Assembly (NCBI GenBank): GCA_964019335.1
Contig: OZ025757.1
Coordinates: forward strand, 62,001 to 126,000
Length of the DNA stretch: 64,000 bases
Origin: Diplonema japonicum
Lineage: Eukaryota; Protista; Euglenozoa: Diplonemea
Direction: 5' to 3'
The notes under the pieces are model-generated. The model was given only the letters and a program-made list of their open reading frames with translations. It made no database searches and had not been told where the DNA came from. Shown piece after piece: positions 42,683 through 53,309 of this stretch. Within the stretch, counting starts at the first letter, position 1, and each line of letters begins with the position of its first letter. Made by a program: the position numbers and the translations under genes.

Positions 42683-43558
42683 CTATGAAGTCTCGAGCGA
42701 CACGCCGAATGCCTCGCTGAACGCCTTCCCGTTGACCCCTTGCGAGTTGTGATCCTCGATGATCGCGAAGACAACGGAATCGAAAGAATCAGCGAAATGC
42801 TCGACGAGGACTCTCTTGAACAACCCGGCGACAACCTGGGGCGGGTTCCGGTAGGCTCCGCACCCGAACGCAGAGAGGACCACGTGCCGGTGCTTGAACT
42901 CCGCAGCCGCTGAGAAAATGGAGAAGATTTTCGCCTTGGTCAAGCTGTCCTGCTCAGACCCCCACGTCTGTATGGGCCTACATTTGACCGCAGCGCAAGA
43001 TATCACAGACAACAGCACCGGTTCACTCAAGAATGGGTACCCTTCATCTTCCGGACCTCTGAAGAAAGCCACATCTGGATGATACAAACACCCGTCTTCT
43101 GGTATAGGGTACAGATCCGCTCTTCCCACAGTGCAAAGCTTCAAGTTGCTTCGTCGGTGGAGGTTTTCTTCTTGCGCGCCTTGCGGGCCACACCCTGGGG
43201 CGATTGCAGCTGCCATGTTCAGCACAACTGGCATCTCGCTTGTCTTCTCCTTGATCAAGATGGCCGCCTTGACACAGTCCATTGCTACTACCCTTATGGA
43301 TGTATCGTGGTTCCCGCTGCAGGGTTGGGGTGTGTAGTCTCGTCGCTTCACGGTCCCCCTCGGTCCAAGGTTGATGACAGCTTCGAGGTTCACTGTTTCT
43401 CCCTTTTGTGTAGTGTACTTTTTGTCTTTCAAGCACTGCTGGGTCTGCCGTATAATCTCTTGTCTGGGAGGATGCGTGGCACGCGCGGCGCAGGCCTTGG
43501 AAAACATCTCCAACCACTGAGAAGGGACATGGGCTTTGTTGGTGGCAGCACCAAACAT
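42683..43558 (-). CDS. microbial-type PARG macrodomain (TIGR02452/DUF2263-like), 291 aa
   Basis: VLNMA, GAQEENL, VLSAFGCGAYRNPP motifs. Confidence 0.82.
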   Translation of the reverse strand: MFGAATNKAHVPSQWLEMFSKACAARATHPPRQEIIRQTQQCLKDKKYTTQKGETVNLEAVINLGPRGTVKRRDYTPQPCSGNHDTSIRVVAMDCVKAAILIKEKTSEMPVVLNMAAAIAPGCGPQGAQEENLHRRSNLKLCTVGRADLYPIPEDGCLYHPDVAFFRGPEDEGYPFLSEPVLLSVISCAAVKCRPIQTWGSEQDSLTKAKIFSIFSAAAEFKHRHVVLSAFGCGAYRNPPQVVAGLFKRVLVEHFADSFDSVVFAIIEDHNSQGVNGKAFSEAFGVSLETS

Positions 43559-43775
43559 TTCTTTTTTTTTTTTTTTTTTTTTTTTTTTTCCCCTCTCCCT
43601 AGAAGAATGGACAAGAAAAAAAAAAAAGAAAAGAAAAAAAAAAGAATATCTTTTGACCCGTCCCCAAATGTTTTTTAAAAAAAAAAAAAAAAGAAGAAGA
43701 AGAAAAAGGTTGATAATTTAACCCCCTCTCCCATGGTTTTGTAAAAAACCACCCCCTCCTAATTTTTTTTTTCCT

Positions 43776-44279
43776 TCAAATTTGAAGCGCCTTGATCCTC
43801 ATCAAAAAGATTTTGCCCGTGGAAGATGTGAAACGGTGGGGTTTTTTTCTTCCGGGGATCGGACGCTGCTTGCGAGGCTGGACCGGGGTGTCGGGGCAGG
43901 TAGGGATGTGCAGGCGGGTGACTGGTGCTGTTCTCGGACGGTGCTCCAGCCAGTAAAGACTACTAGTGGCGCCAGGTATGTTGGCAGGCATAGGGCCGAA
44001 AACATCATATTTGCACGAACGGGTGCGGTATACATTCCGGAACTTCATGGGGCTTGCTTCGCGTACTTCACCTGTCGTGAAGGAGTCCGGTCGTCTCCCA
44101 GCACCCTTGCTCCCATAGGTGGTCTGCAGGCTGCCCTTCAGCCACACCGCAGCTTCCATGTTCGTGCCTCCACACGTCTTCAGCCTCTTGCCCTCATGGT
44201 TTTTTAAGTGCTGTGGTACCACCACTTTCCGCCTCCCTATGTCAACGGCTGACTCCCCTGTTGGGTCTCTTGTCTCCAT
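43776..44279 (-). CDS. hypothetical protein, 167 aa
   Basis: ORF on cluster strand with A-rich start context, bounded by homopolymer spacers. Confidence 0.6.
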   Translation of the reverse strand: METRDPTGESAVDIGRRKVVVPQHLKNHEGKRLKTCGGTNMEAAVWLKGSLQTTYGSKGAGRRPDSFTTGEVREASPMKFRNVYRTRSCKYDVFGPMPANIPGATSSLYWLEHRPRTAPVTRLHIPTCPDTPVQPRKQRPIPGRKKPHRFTSSTGKIFLMRIKALQI

Positions 44280-44355
44280 TTTCTGTTTTGTCGGGTTTCG
44301 CGGTTAAGTGGGGTAGGGGGGGAACGAGGGAATTAAAAAAAAAAAAGTCAGATTA

Positions 44356-44386
<31 letters not shown>

Positions 44387-44535
44387 TGAGGGGAGGCGCT
44401 GCAAACGACGCCCTTCTATCATTTTATTTTTTTTTTCCCGACACATGCAAAAAAAAAAAAAAAATACAAAAACACAGAAAGCAAACTCGATCTTTTAACG
44501 TCAAAGGTGATACAGGCCGAACGGCGCTCAGACCA

Positions 44536-44639
44536 CAAGTGTACCCATAAAGTACATGGGGTGGGGGGTGTTTTGTAGGGTCAGACGACACGTTTTTAGT
44601 GAGCTTCTAACCTACACGGCGCCACCTCTCATACATAGC
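44536..44639. repeat. ~100-bp dispersed repeat copy 1
   Basis: CAAGTGTRCCCATAAAGTACATGGGG..CTTCTAACCT..GGCGCCACCTCTCA shared with 59372-59471. Confidence 0.8.
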
Positions 44640-44730
44640 ATGCTTCCGCACCTAGACCTGGCCAACCGTCTTTCCCCGTAGTTCCCACCTAACTTGGAAA
44701 AGCAGATTGGGAAAAACGAGAAAATGTGTA

Positions 44731-45741
44731 TCACGCCACGGAGCAGCAACCAAAACGATTCGCCTCTACTTTTTTTTGCAGGGTTCGAAGCTTTGTCTCG
44801 AGCCTTTTGTTCGCCTGTTCCAGGGCATCTAAGCGTGCCGCCACCTTCGCCGCATCCGCTCGAACATCGTTATCGTGGCCGGCCGCCTCGTCAGCGAACA
44901 CGGTGTCGCAAGGAAGCTCGTTTAAAAGCTTCTCCTTGTTCACCTCCTCAACCTCAGCGTCCTCATTGTCGTCAACAGTGTTGAGGAGATATTTGTTAAC
45001 GGCTTTTGAAGCGTCAGAAACTGCAGAAAAAGTACCGGGGACAGAGGTGAATGCATCCAAGACTGGGGTGATCAATTTTACCGGTTCTTTGTTTTTTTTT
45101 CGCACCTCGTTGATCTCAGCTGGGGTAGGGATATGTTGAACGGCCACGTCGCTTATTGCATCAGGTTGTGCTGCAACAAAGTCAGCAGGAGACAGCGCTC
45201 CCAACGGTTCTGGCCGTCTTTTTTTCTGTTTTTTGTCGGGTTGCCCTAAGGCGTACTGCGCTATATTCGACATAGTGAAGTCGTCATCCTCGTTCGGGTT
45301 GCGGTCTGGGATTTCTAAGGAGCATGATGCGAAGCCTTCCTCTTGTTCCTGTTCTTCTCGTTTTTGTTCTTCTTCTTCTTCGTCTTCCTCTTCTTCGTCT
45401 TCCTCCGGGGATTTTAGATGCGGTTGTTGTGGTGGTTCAAAAAGTAGATTCTGGTCGTTCTCGTCATTGACGGTGATCGGTGCGAAGCTCCATTCTCCTG
45501 GGTCATGCTCCGGTGGTGGTGGTGGTGGAGGTGGTCCTCGCCCGGTCGAGCCAGCTGTACCAGGCCGAGTTCGTGAGCCGGCTGTCCCCGGTCGTGACCC
45601 TGCCGACACGGTTTTGTTTCTTTTACCTCTCATCATGACTTTTTGCTTATCATCCACAGCAGACTGGATGCCTTGCCCCCCCTGGAGCGGTTTGAAATTC
45701 GACCATTGGGGGGCCCATTTGTCCCCCCCTTTTGCTGCCAT
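44731..45741 (-). CDS. hypothetical acidic/Pro-rich protein with C-terminal coiled coil and possible CaaX (CSVA), 336 aa
   Basis: Long ORF; RPGTAG repeats; ends FGCCSVA*. Confidence 0.7.
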   Translation of the reverse strand: MAAKGGDKWAPQWSNFKPLQGGQGIQSAVDDKQKVMMRGKRNKTVSAGSRPGTAGSRTRPGTAGSTGRGPPPPPPPPEHDPGEWSFAPITVNDENDQNLLFEPPQQPHLKSPEEDEEEEDEEEEEQKREEQEQEEGFASCSLEIPDRNPNEDDDFTMSNIAQYALGQPDKKQKKRRPEPLGALSPADFVAAQPDAISDVAVQHIPTPAEINEVRKKNKEPVKLITPVLDAFTSVPGTFSAVSDASKAVNKYLLNTVDDNEDAEVEEVNKEKLLNELPCDTVFADEAAGHDNDVRADAAKVAARLDALEQANKRLETKLRTLQKKVEANRFGCCSVA

Positions 45742-45840
45742 CCTGTGGATATTTATTTATAAACAAGAAGAAGAAAAAAAAAAAAAGTCTTTTTTTTTTT
45801 TAAAATGAGAAAAAGAAAGCCAACAATTTGACGGATACTG

Positions 45841-45875
<35 letters not shown>

Positions 45876-45893
45876 GGCCCACTATAAGAAAAT

Positions 45894-45928
<35 letters not shown>

Positions 45929-45931
45929 CTC

Positions 45932-46343
45932 TTAGAGGGCAAGAGCGAACCTACGCTGGGGGTAGGCAGCCTCCTTCCTGGCCTGCCTGGCGGTCTTCTG
46001 GGAGAATTCGTGGTGCTTGAGGGCCCTCCTCTTGGCACGGGTCTGCTTCCTCTTGAGATCGGTGGGCCTGAACTTCTTGCCCCTGTACAGCTTCCTGAGG
46101 GCGATCCTCTGGTTGCAGTTGAGCACGGTGAGGGTCTTGGCCACAGACTTCCTGACGGTCTTGATCTTGGCCAGCTTCGAGGCGGGGCCACCAGTGACCT
46201 GTTTTTTTTTTTTTTTTTTTTTTTTTCTTTATACACACCTGGGCAACCTTGAGCCCGCTCAACTCCATCTTAAGCTCATCCAGCTGCTTCAGAAGGTCCT
46301 CCTTGGACTTGGTGCGGAGTTCGTGCGAGAGAATCTTGACCAT
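45932..46343 (-). CDS. RPL35: 60S ribosomal protein L35 (uL29), 123 aa, 2 exons (46343-46239, 46198-45932)
   Basis: HELRTKSKEDLLKQLDELKMELSGLKVAQ|VTGGPASKLAKIKTVRKSVAKTLTV...PTDLKRKQTRAKRRAL. Confidence 0.95.
46199..46238 (-). other. 40-nt GT-AG intron with poly(A) tract
   Basis: GTGTGTATAAAG-A(n)-CAG; boundaries fixed by conserved L35 sequence. Confidence 0.93.
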
Positions 46344-46410
46344 TTTTTTAAAACTTTTTTTTTTTTTTAAATTACGCTGTTGGGGGGCGATTATAGGAGG
46401 TTTATCGGAG

Positions 46411-46452
<42 letters not shown>

Positions 46453-46454
<2 letters not shown>

Positions 46455-47652
46455 AAAACATCAGCTTCCCCAACCCGGGCGGTTTTTCATAGTTCGCCCC
46501 ATGGGCGCAACGCGCATCCTTCCCGCCCTCAGTTTTTCTATACCACCTTGTAAACGTTTGCAAATCGAAACCCTTCGGTGCCTCTCCCCTTGTTCTGAAC
46601 GAGTGCGCGGACGAAACGTGTCGCGCCCACCACATATCGCACACCGACGTCGGCTTGGGGATGAGGTTATCACGCATCGCGCATGACGCATCTCTCGCAG
46701 TGCTCTGCAACCGATTGAGGTGCACGACGTCAGAGGTGAGAACGTAAAGAACAAGGTGCGCCTCGATCTCCACAAGATACTCCTTAAGATGCGATCTGGC
46801 CGGTTCAGTAGATAAAACGACAAGGGCTTTCTCAGGATCACCGTGTTGAAGATGCGAGACGGCCAGCTCGCAGACGGCAAAACTGGAATACAGATCAGTG
46901 CAGCCGCCCGCATCAATGGCAGCGTTCCAAAACCGCACCAGGGTTGCAGGTTGCTCCCGGACGAAGTTTAGCGTAGCAAGTAGGCGGTACAAGTCCCACG
47001 GTGAGGACAAGGTGGTTGTCGATGTGTTTTTTACCTCCTTCAACGCCTCGTTGACTTTGTCAAGGTAGATTAGGCTTTTTGTTATAATTCTGGATAGGTG
47101 TGGGGTGTGTTGATCATGGTGTGACTGGAGATCGCACCGAATTGTGTTGAACCACGCTGCGTCGCGTGCGTTCCCTGCTGCGGTTAACGCCGCACCGTAC
47201 CCCACCCGTGACAGCTTAACCTTGTTTTTTCCGACGAAATTCTCGTACGTTTTTTTCAGAGTTGAAAAGTCCGTTCCGCCTGCTCTTGAGTAACAGGCCA
47301 ATGCGGCGCCGACTGCCTGGGCGTCGATCGTCTCGTTCACGGCCAGGCTCCATATTTTTAGTACCCCGTCCGGGCTTCTTGCCCTTGCCACCCGTTGCAT
47401 CCCCGATGTCACCACGTCCGGCGACCGTTTGTTCCTCGCGACTATTTTCGTTACGGCTTCTTCGACTTCTGTGGCGGTGCCTTTGGTGTGGTGTATTGCC
47501 TCTCTTGCTTTTCTTGTTGCCTCAGGGCCTCGTTTAGTACCGGGTGTGACGTGGATGGGCCCGCCGAGGCCCGCCTTCACCGCACGCTTGGCCTGGTCCG
47601 AAAGGGTTCTAACTGCATGGTCATGGAGCCATCGTTTGTGTGTGTTGTGCAT
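46453..47652 (-). CDS. helical-repeat (PPR-like) protein, 399 aa
   Basis: AVGAALACYSRAG and VGYGAALTAAGNARD resemble PPR helices. Confidence 0.6.
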
Positions 47653-47715
47653 CCTTTGGGGGAAAAAAAAAATTATTTTGAGGGGGTGGAAAAAAAAAAA
47701 AAAAAAAAAAAGAAA

Positions 47716-48741
47716 TTAGTGGTGTGGCATGGGCATCATGATACTATAGGTACCGTCAGTGTACTCGCCGTAGCCTTCGTCAACACTAGCTGGAACGATC
47801 GAGCCTCCTCGGGCTTGAGCGACCAAGGAGAGAACCTGTTCCAGGGCTGATGGGGCGAGGTTTGCCTCGACGTGCCCACATGACAACACGTATTTCCCCT
47901 CCGCGGCGCCCCCGCCCTGCTGCGGGGGGCAGATGGAGCCGATCTCGTCCAGGTTTGTAAGGTACATGTTAACAGCTTGCTCCACATCGTCCCCGCACAG
48001 AGTGAGAAGAGTAGCTACGCAAAACTGCCGGGCGATCGCATCTTGCGTGAGCCCAAGCGATTCGAGAAATAAATTGCAAGTCGCGCTCAATACAGACCCA
48101 CCACAACCGGTCACCTTTATAAGCTTCTGAATCGAGTCCGTATATTCGTCAACATTACTGCCCAAACTGTCCAAGTGGATCACTGTGAATGGGTACAGCA
48201 AGTCGCCTGAAAATATCCTGTTTTCCGAACTGAATAAAAGTGAAATCGAATCAGGGGTATGGCCTGGTGTGTAAATGACTTCGAGAGATTCGTTTTCCGT
48301 GGGGTTTTCCGGGTCAAGATACACTTTTTCGCCGTCTTGCAGCCATTTGTCGATTTTGAAGTCGGGGACCGAGGTGCCGTGGACGGAGGCTAGGGAGTTT
48401 AAGTCGTGGTTTTGTGTAAAGGTTTTGTGGCCTGCTCCCATGTAGATTTCGCCAATGTGACGAGCATCGTGGATGTCTCTCCCTTTGCAGAATTCACAGT
48501 TTCCGCCAACATGGTCGAAGTGGATGTGGGTGCAGATGACCACATAAGGCAGGCCGGCCGAGTTTATTTCCTTGTCTAAGAATTCCTTGTAGGTCTGCCC
48601 CCCCGAAACCGGGCACCCCGTGTCTATCACAACAACCCTTGCCGTTCCCTTAATTACGTACAGAAACGGGTATTGTCCGAAGGGGTCGTCCTGTACAATT
48701 TTAAACACTTTCTCACTTAGTTTCTCCAGGGTAAACGGCAT
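47716..48741 (-). CDS. metallo-beta-lactamase-fold hydrolase with inserted UBA-like segment, 341 aa
   Basis: IDTG, THIHFDHVGG, TPGHTPDS, SGD, final CGH. Confidence 0.85.
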   Translation of the reverse strand: MPFTLEKLSEKVFKIVQDDPFGQYPFLYVIKGTARVVVIDTGCPVSGGQTYKEFLDKEINSAGLPYVVICTHIHFDHVGGNCEFCKGRDIHDARHIGEIYMGAGHKTFTQNHDLNSLASVHGTSVPDFKIDKWLQDGEKVYLDPENPTENESLEVIYTPGHTPDSISLLFSSENRIFSGDLLYPFTVIHLDSLGSNVDEYTDSIQKLIKVTGCGGSVLSATCNLFLESLGLTQDAIARQFCVATLLTLCGDDVEQAVNMYLTNLDEIGSICPPQQGGGAAEGKYVLSCGHVEANLAPSALEQVLSLVAQARGGSIVPASVDEGYGEYTDGTYSIMMPMPHH

Positions 48742-48742
48742 G

Positions 48743-48775
<33 letters not shown>

Positions 48776-49207
48776 ATATTACCCCTCCCTTTTTGTGTGT
48801 GTGTGTTGTTAAATCGAAGAATGGGGAGGGAAAATAAGAATTCTTTTTTAAAAAAAAAGGGTACAAATAAAATAAAAAAGAGAGGAAACAATTAACAATG
48901 GATAAAAAAAAGAAAAAAAAAAGGTGTACAATTTAGGAGTGACTTCAGAACTGCGCTAAAAAAGCAGGACGAGATGTGGGAGGAGAAAGAAAGAAAGAAA
49001 GAAAGAAAAAAAAAAAGAAGGAGGGAAACAAAAAAAGTGAGGGTTTTTTTTTTTTTTTTTTTTTTTTTTCCTCCTTTTTTTTTCTCCGCTCCTTCCTTTT
49101 TTTTTTTTTCGTTTAGTTTTCTTCTTCCTCCACACAAACTTTTTTTTTTGCTCTGTTTTTTTTTTTTTTTTTTTTTTCTTTCTTCTTTCTCCCTCTTCGC
49201 TTTCCAT

Positions 49208-49252
<45 letters not shown>

Positions 49253-49467
49253 GTTTTGCTGCTTTCATCCATGCCCTCTCCAAGAGATGACAAAATAAGC
49301 CTACATAAAACAAAAAAAGGGAGCACGGTTTATAATAAGAAAGAAGGGACCCGAAAAAGAAAGAAAAGAAATATTTAAACAAAGAAAAAAAAGTTGATAG
49401 GAGGGAAGAGAAGGGGGGGGGGGGGGGGGGAGGGGAGGTTTCATTAACAAACATTTTCCCTTCTTCC

Positions 49468-49851
49468 TCATAAGCCCAGCTGCGTTGTGGCGATGTTATA
49501 CTTCTCAGCCCAGGACAGGCTATTCCAGGTCCGATCCCCGCATTGTTTGGAGAGTTCGTGTAGAACGGCTGGGTGAAGAGAGAGCACCTTCTGCCTGGCC
49601 AGGGCATCTAAAGCTGCCGTTTTCGCCTCCAAGGGGGAAAGTACACCAGCAACTGACACAGAATCTACAGAGGCGCTAGCGAGCCTGTTCCCCTCTGGCA
49701 CATTGTCATCACAATCGTAAAACTCACAAAAAGCTTCTGTTTCGTCTGAAGACCAGTCCAGCAGCGGGCAACCTCCACCCATATCCAAGGGAGGCACCCT
49801 GTAGCTCGTCAAAGGCGGCCTTCCAAGCGGAGCATGACTAACAGCAAACAT
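49468..49851 (-). CDS. hypothetical protein, 127 aa
   Basis: GC-balanced ORF between homopolymer spacers, A(n)G-ATG start context. Confidence 0.6.
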   Translation of the reverse strand: MFAVSHAPLGRPPLTSYRVPPLDMGGGCPLLDWSSDETEAFCEFYDCDDNVPEGNRLASASVDSVSVAGVLSPLEAKTAALDALARQKVLSLHPAVLHELSKQCGDRTWNSLSWAEKYNIATTQLGL

Positions 49852-50025
49852 CTTTTTTTTTTTTTCCCCTTTTTTAATTTCTTTTTTTACACATGGAAAG
49901 AAAAAAAAAAATGCAATAAAAAAAAATGGAGGGGGGTATTAAGGTAAGGAGGGGAAACACATACAAATAAAAAAACAAAAAAAAAAAACAAAAACAAAAA
50001 AGAGATGAGATAAAAGGAGGTTTCC

Positions 50026-50071
<46 letters not shown>

Positions 50072-50096
50072 GAACGCTCCACCTTATAAATAAATA

Positions 50097-50134
<38 letters not shown>

Positions 50135-50189
50135 AGTCTGAGAAAAAAAAAAAAAAAATGTTTTTTCAATCAACAACTACTCTATTATT

Positions 50190-50909
50190 TCATTTTTTTT
50201 TTGTTGCACTTTCTTTTCTGGGGGAGGACACTTGCGGAACCCTTCTGATGTTCCTTTCAGTGTGGTTGTGGTGGTCGGCGTTCGTTTGCTTGAGTTTCTC
50301 GAAACAAACATCATAGGACCAATCACCCGACTTCACCGCGCGTACTACAATGTCGCTGCGTTTCCCCTCGGCTTCCCATTCGTGAAAATGCTGTTCAACC
50401 ACAGCTGAGGCATCCTCTGCATAGTCTCTCCATGTTTTGTCGTTTTCAACAAATTGCCATTTGTAACCTGTGCCCCTGCGGCCTGCGCTTGGCGTTGCTT
50501 CCAGACAGCGCCTCTTGGGCATGGGAGCTTTTGCAGGTTCTTCCTTCCTGCTTCGTTTTGGCTTCGCTTTTGCAGGTTCTTCTTTCGGGCTTGGTTTTGG
50601 CTTCGCTAATTTCTTCGCTAGTTTCTTCGTTTTTGCAGGTTCTTCCTTCGGGCTTGGTTTTGGCTTCGCTGATTTCTTCTGCTTTTTTTCATTTTTCTTT
50701 TTCTTCTCCTTGGCCGCACGCTTCGCGTTCATTTGCCTCTGCTTCTTCACCCTCTTCAAAACCATTTCCTTTCGCAGCAAACCCTTCACGATCATCGCCA
50801 CCTCTTTCTTCTCCCTCTCCTGCGGGCTAACTGCCTTCTTCTTCGGTTTTTTCACTTGAAAGTCCGCCATGTTGAAGTGCTCCATCTTCTTTGGCACCCG
50901 TGGTTTCAT
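50190..50909 (-). CDS. Lys-rich protein with C-terminal WWE domain, 239 aa
   Basis: KWQFVENDKTWRDY..VEQHF..YDVCFEKLKQTN..RNIRR; internal AKPKPSPKEEPAK duplication. Confidence 0.78.
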   Translation of the reverse strand: MKPRVPKKMEHFNMADFQVKKPKKKAVSPQEREKKEVAMIVKGLLRKEMVLKRVKKQRQMNAKRAAKEKKKKNEKKQKKSAKPKPSPKEEPAKTKKLAKKLAKPKPSPKEEPAKAKPKRSRKEEPAKAPMPKRRCLEATPSAGRRGTGYKWQFVENDKTWRDYAEDASAVVEQHFHEWEAEGKRSDIVVRAVKSGDWSYDVCFEKLKQTNADHHNHTERNIRRVPQVSSPRKESATKKK

Positions 50910-51116
50910 GGTTTTCTTCTTCCTTTTTTTTTTTTTTTTTTGTTCTTGTGTTCTTTACTTTTTTTTTTTTTTTTCCCCTCCCCCTACTAACTGTTAACGG
51001 AGAGAAAAAAAAAGAAAAGGGAAAAAAAAAAAAAAGATGAAAAGAGATCAGGTAGCTGAGGGGTCTGATCGGGTTAACGTGAGTGGAGACGATAACAACA
51101 GAAAAAAGAAGAAAAA

Positions 51117-51163
51117 AAACTCGATAATTTTCAGTGGTGTGCATGGGGGGGTGCCCACTGTTC
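51117..51163 (+). repeat. ~41-bp dispersed motif copy 3 (inverted, slightly degenerate)
   Basis: AAACTCGATAATTTTCAGTGGTGTGCATGGGGGGGTGCCCACTGTTC. Confidence 0.72.
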
Positions 51164-51458
51164 GAGAAGAAGAATTCACACTAATCAGGTCACCGTTCTG
51201 CGGTGGCTGTTTGTCGCGATGAAACATATAAAAAAGAAAGAAAGAAAGAAAGAAAACGAATAGAATGGGCGAAACTTCGCGTACTGATATTTCTCCCCCC
51301 CCCCCCCCCCCCTCGATAACCATACATAAAGTGCGCTATAACGTTATCAAATAAGGAATATTATAAAAGTTATTGATGACCATTCTACACACATTTATGT
51401 GTCGAATCACAAAAAAAAAAAAAAAAAAAAGCTTTCGGTGCGCGAGGACCTCCTTCCG

Positions 51459-51491
<33 letters not shown>

Positions 51492-51600
51492 TTTATTGTG
51501 GTCCTTTCATGGACCGCAAAACAAATAATAACGGAAGGGGGGAGGTGATCTACAGCGAAAATTTCAACAAAGCAGAAGCGACATGCCTCCCCTTCCCACC

Positions 51601-51637
<37 letters not shown>

Positions 51638-51639
51638 AC

Positions 51640-53115
51640 CTAAACACAAAGATTCCAACCCGGCTGGCAAACCTCAACCTGAGGCCAACTCGGCTGCGAG
51701 GTGTACGCATACACCATGGGAACCGCGTAGTTCCCCTGGTACATGGAATATCCCTCGTTGGACTGCGTAAGCCTGGTAGCGTTGAGGTTCCCCCAGTCAA
51801 GTGTCCACAACGTGAACTGCTTGGCCCGGTAGGCCATCACATCCGCCTCGTGCGTGTTATTCATTTGAGCAAGAAATTTTGATGCTTCGTGAAACATATT
51901 AACGTTACCCCCGATACCATGACAGAACATAGTACCCTTTACCAGCAACCCACGGTTCCAGGTCACCGTGGCTGTTTTAATCCCAGCCTCAGTGTAGGAA
52001 GCGTTTTCGAAACGAAGACCTGCCTCAAGGAATATATTGAGAAACCCTGGGGCTCCGTGGCACCACTGCACCCTGGCATCATTGTCCGAGCCGTAGTGAG
52101 CTTTGCACCCGCCTTCGATGTTGGTTGGGATGTTGCCGTCTTCTAGCTGGATCGACACGTAGAAATCGATGGTGTTTTGAAGAGCCACATAATATTTCCC
52201 GTTTTTCTCCATGATAAAGCTTAGCTTTTCCGGGTACGTGTTGACGGCTGTGAAAATTGTTTTAACGATCCCGGACGATCCGTGGCCCGGGCCCCACAGA
52301 TAGCAGTTTGAAAATGACTCGTACTGGAGGTAGTTTGTTCCCAACCCGACACCTGTTTCAACCCCGAAATCGAGGATCCATTTTGCGAGGTTTGCGATTA
52401 TTTCGGTATCGACTATGGTGGACTTGTAGAACGTGTTGTATAGCAGTGCACCGTACAGCATTCCTGACAAACCGGTGTCGAGCGTGCAGTCCTCGAGTGA
52501 GATGCCGTCTTTCGATGTTTTCTGTTTTTGGAGAATCGCCGTGTTCATGTTTTCAAAGGTTGTTTTGATCTTTGCAAGAAGGCTGTCTCTTGTGGAGTTC
52601 TCTCCTTTTGTGTTGTGGATGACGGACATAAGGAACCACACCCCGACGTGGCCTGACATATAGGCACCGGAGGACTGTTTAACAGGGAGTTTTTCGATGG
52701 AAGCCGAGATGTACGCCTCGGCCTTCGAGAGCAGTGTGGCATTGTTGCCCCCTTCCGCGAGATATTTCCTCAAAAAGATGTTGCCCCGCCCCGCGCTTCC
52801 AAGGAATATGAACGGGCCTTCGGTTTCTTTATCGGCAGGGTAGTTCATTGCCCACCAGTTGAGATACCATTCATCAAACCCGGCCATCTTCGCCCGTTCA
52901 GAAGAGTTGAAAGCAATGGGCATCCCGGGGGAGTAGTCAGGGAGGGTGTTGCTGTAGCAAGGCGGGCAAGGCGGTCCGATCGTTCCAGGGCATTGTGCCG
53001 GCTCGGTCGTCCCGACTGGTTTGCACTGATCCTGCTGAGGAGGCTCTGGCCCTTTGTTGTTGTACGCACCGCAGGCGAGCGTCAGGACTGTTGTGGTTGC
53101 GATGAGGACGGACAT
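51640..53115 (-). CDS. LanC-like (lanthionine synthetase C-like) protein with signal peptide, 491 aa
   Basis: GPGHGSSG, QWCHGAPG, FCHGIGGN, YSMYQG motifs; hydrophobic N-terminus MSVLIATTTVLTLACGA. Confidence 0.85.
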   Translation of the reverse strand: MSVLIATTTVLTLACGAYNNKGPEPPQQDQCKPVGTTEPAQCPGTIGPPCPPCYSNTLPDYSPGMPIAFNSSERAKMAGFDEWYLNWWAMNYPADKETEGPFIFLGSAGRGNIFLRKYLAEGGNNATLLSKAEAYISASIEKLPVKQSSGAYMSGHVGVWFLMSVIHNTKGENSTRDSLLAKIKTTFENMNTAILQKQKTSKDGISLEDCTLDTGLSGMLYGALLYNTFYKSTIVDTEIIANLAKWILDFGVETGVGLGTNYLQYESFSNCYLWGPGHGSSGIVKTIFTAVNTYPEKLSFIMEKNGKYYVALQNTIDFYVSIQLEDGNIPTNIEGGCKAHYGSDNDARVQWCHGAPGFLNIFLEAGLRFENASYTEAGIKTATVTWNRGLLVKGTMFCHGIGGNVNMFHEASKFLAQMNNTHEADVMAYRAKQFTLWTLDWGNLNATRLTQSNEGYSMYQGNYAVPMVYAYTSQPSWPQVEVCQPGWNLCV

Positions 53116-53309
53116 TTTTTTTTTCTTCCCCCCTTCTCTTGATTTGGTGAAAAAAAGAGAAAAAAAAAGAGAAAACAAACACACACTAAATAAATGTGAT
53201 ACGGGTTATATATATCTCATCCAGCAGGATGACATAGGGGAATAAAAAAAAAAAAAAAAAAGAGCAGGATTTTTTTTTTTCTTCTTCTCTTTCTTCTTTT
53301 TTTTCCTCC

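Noticed and set aside
49468-53115. Lanthipeptide biosynthetic cluster around the LanC-like gene
   Set aside because: No dehydratase, transporter or convincing precursor peptide nearby.
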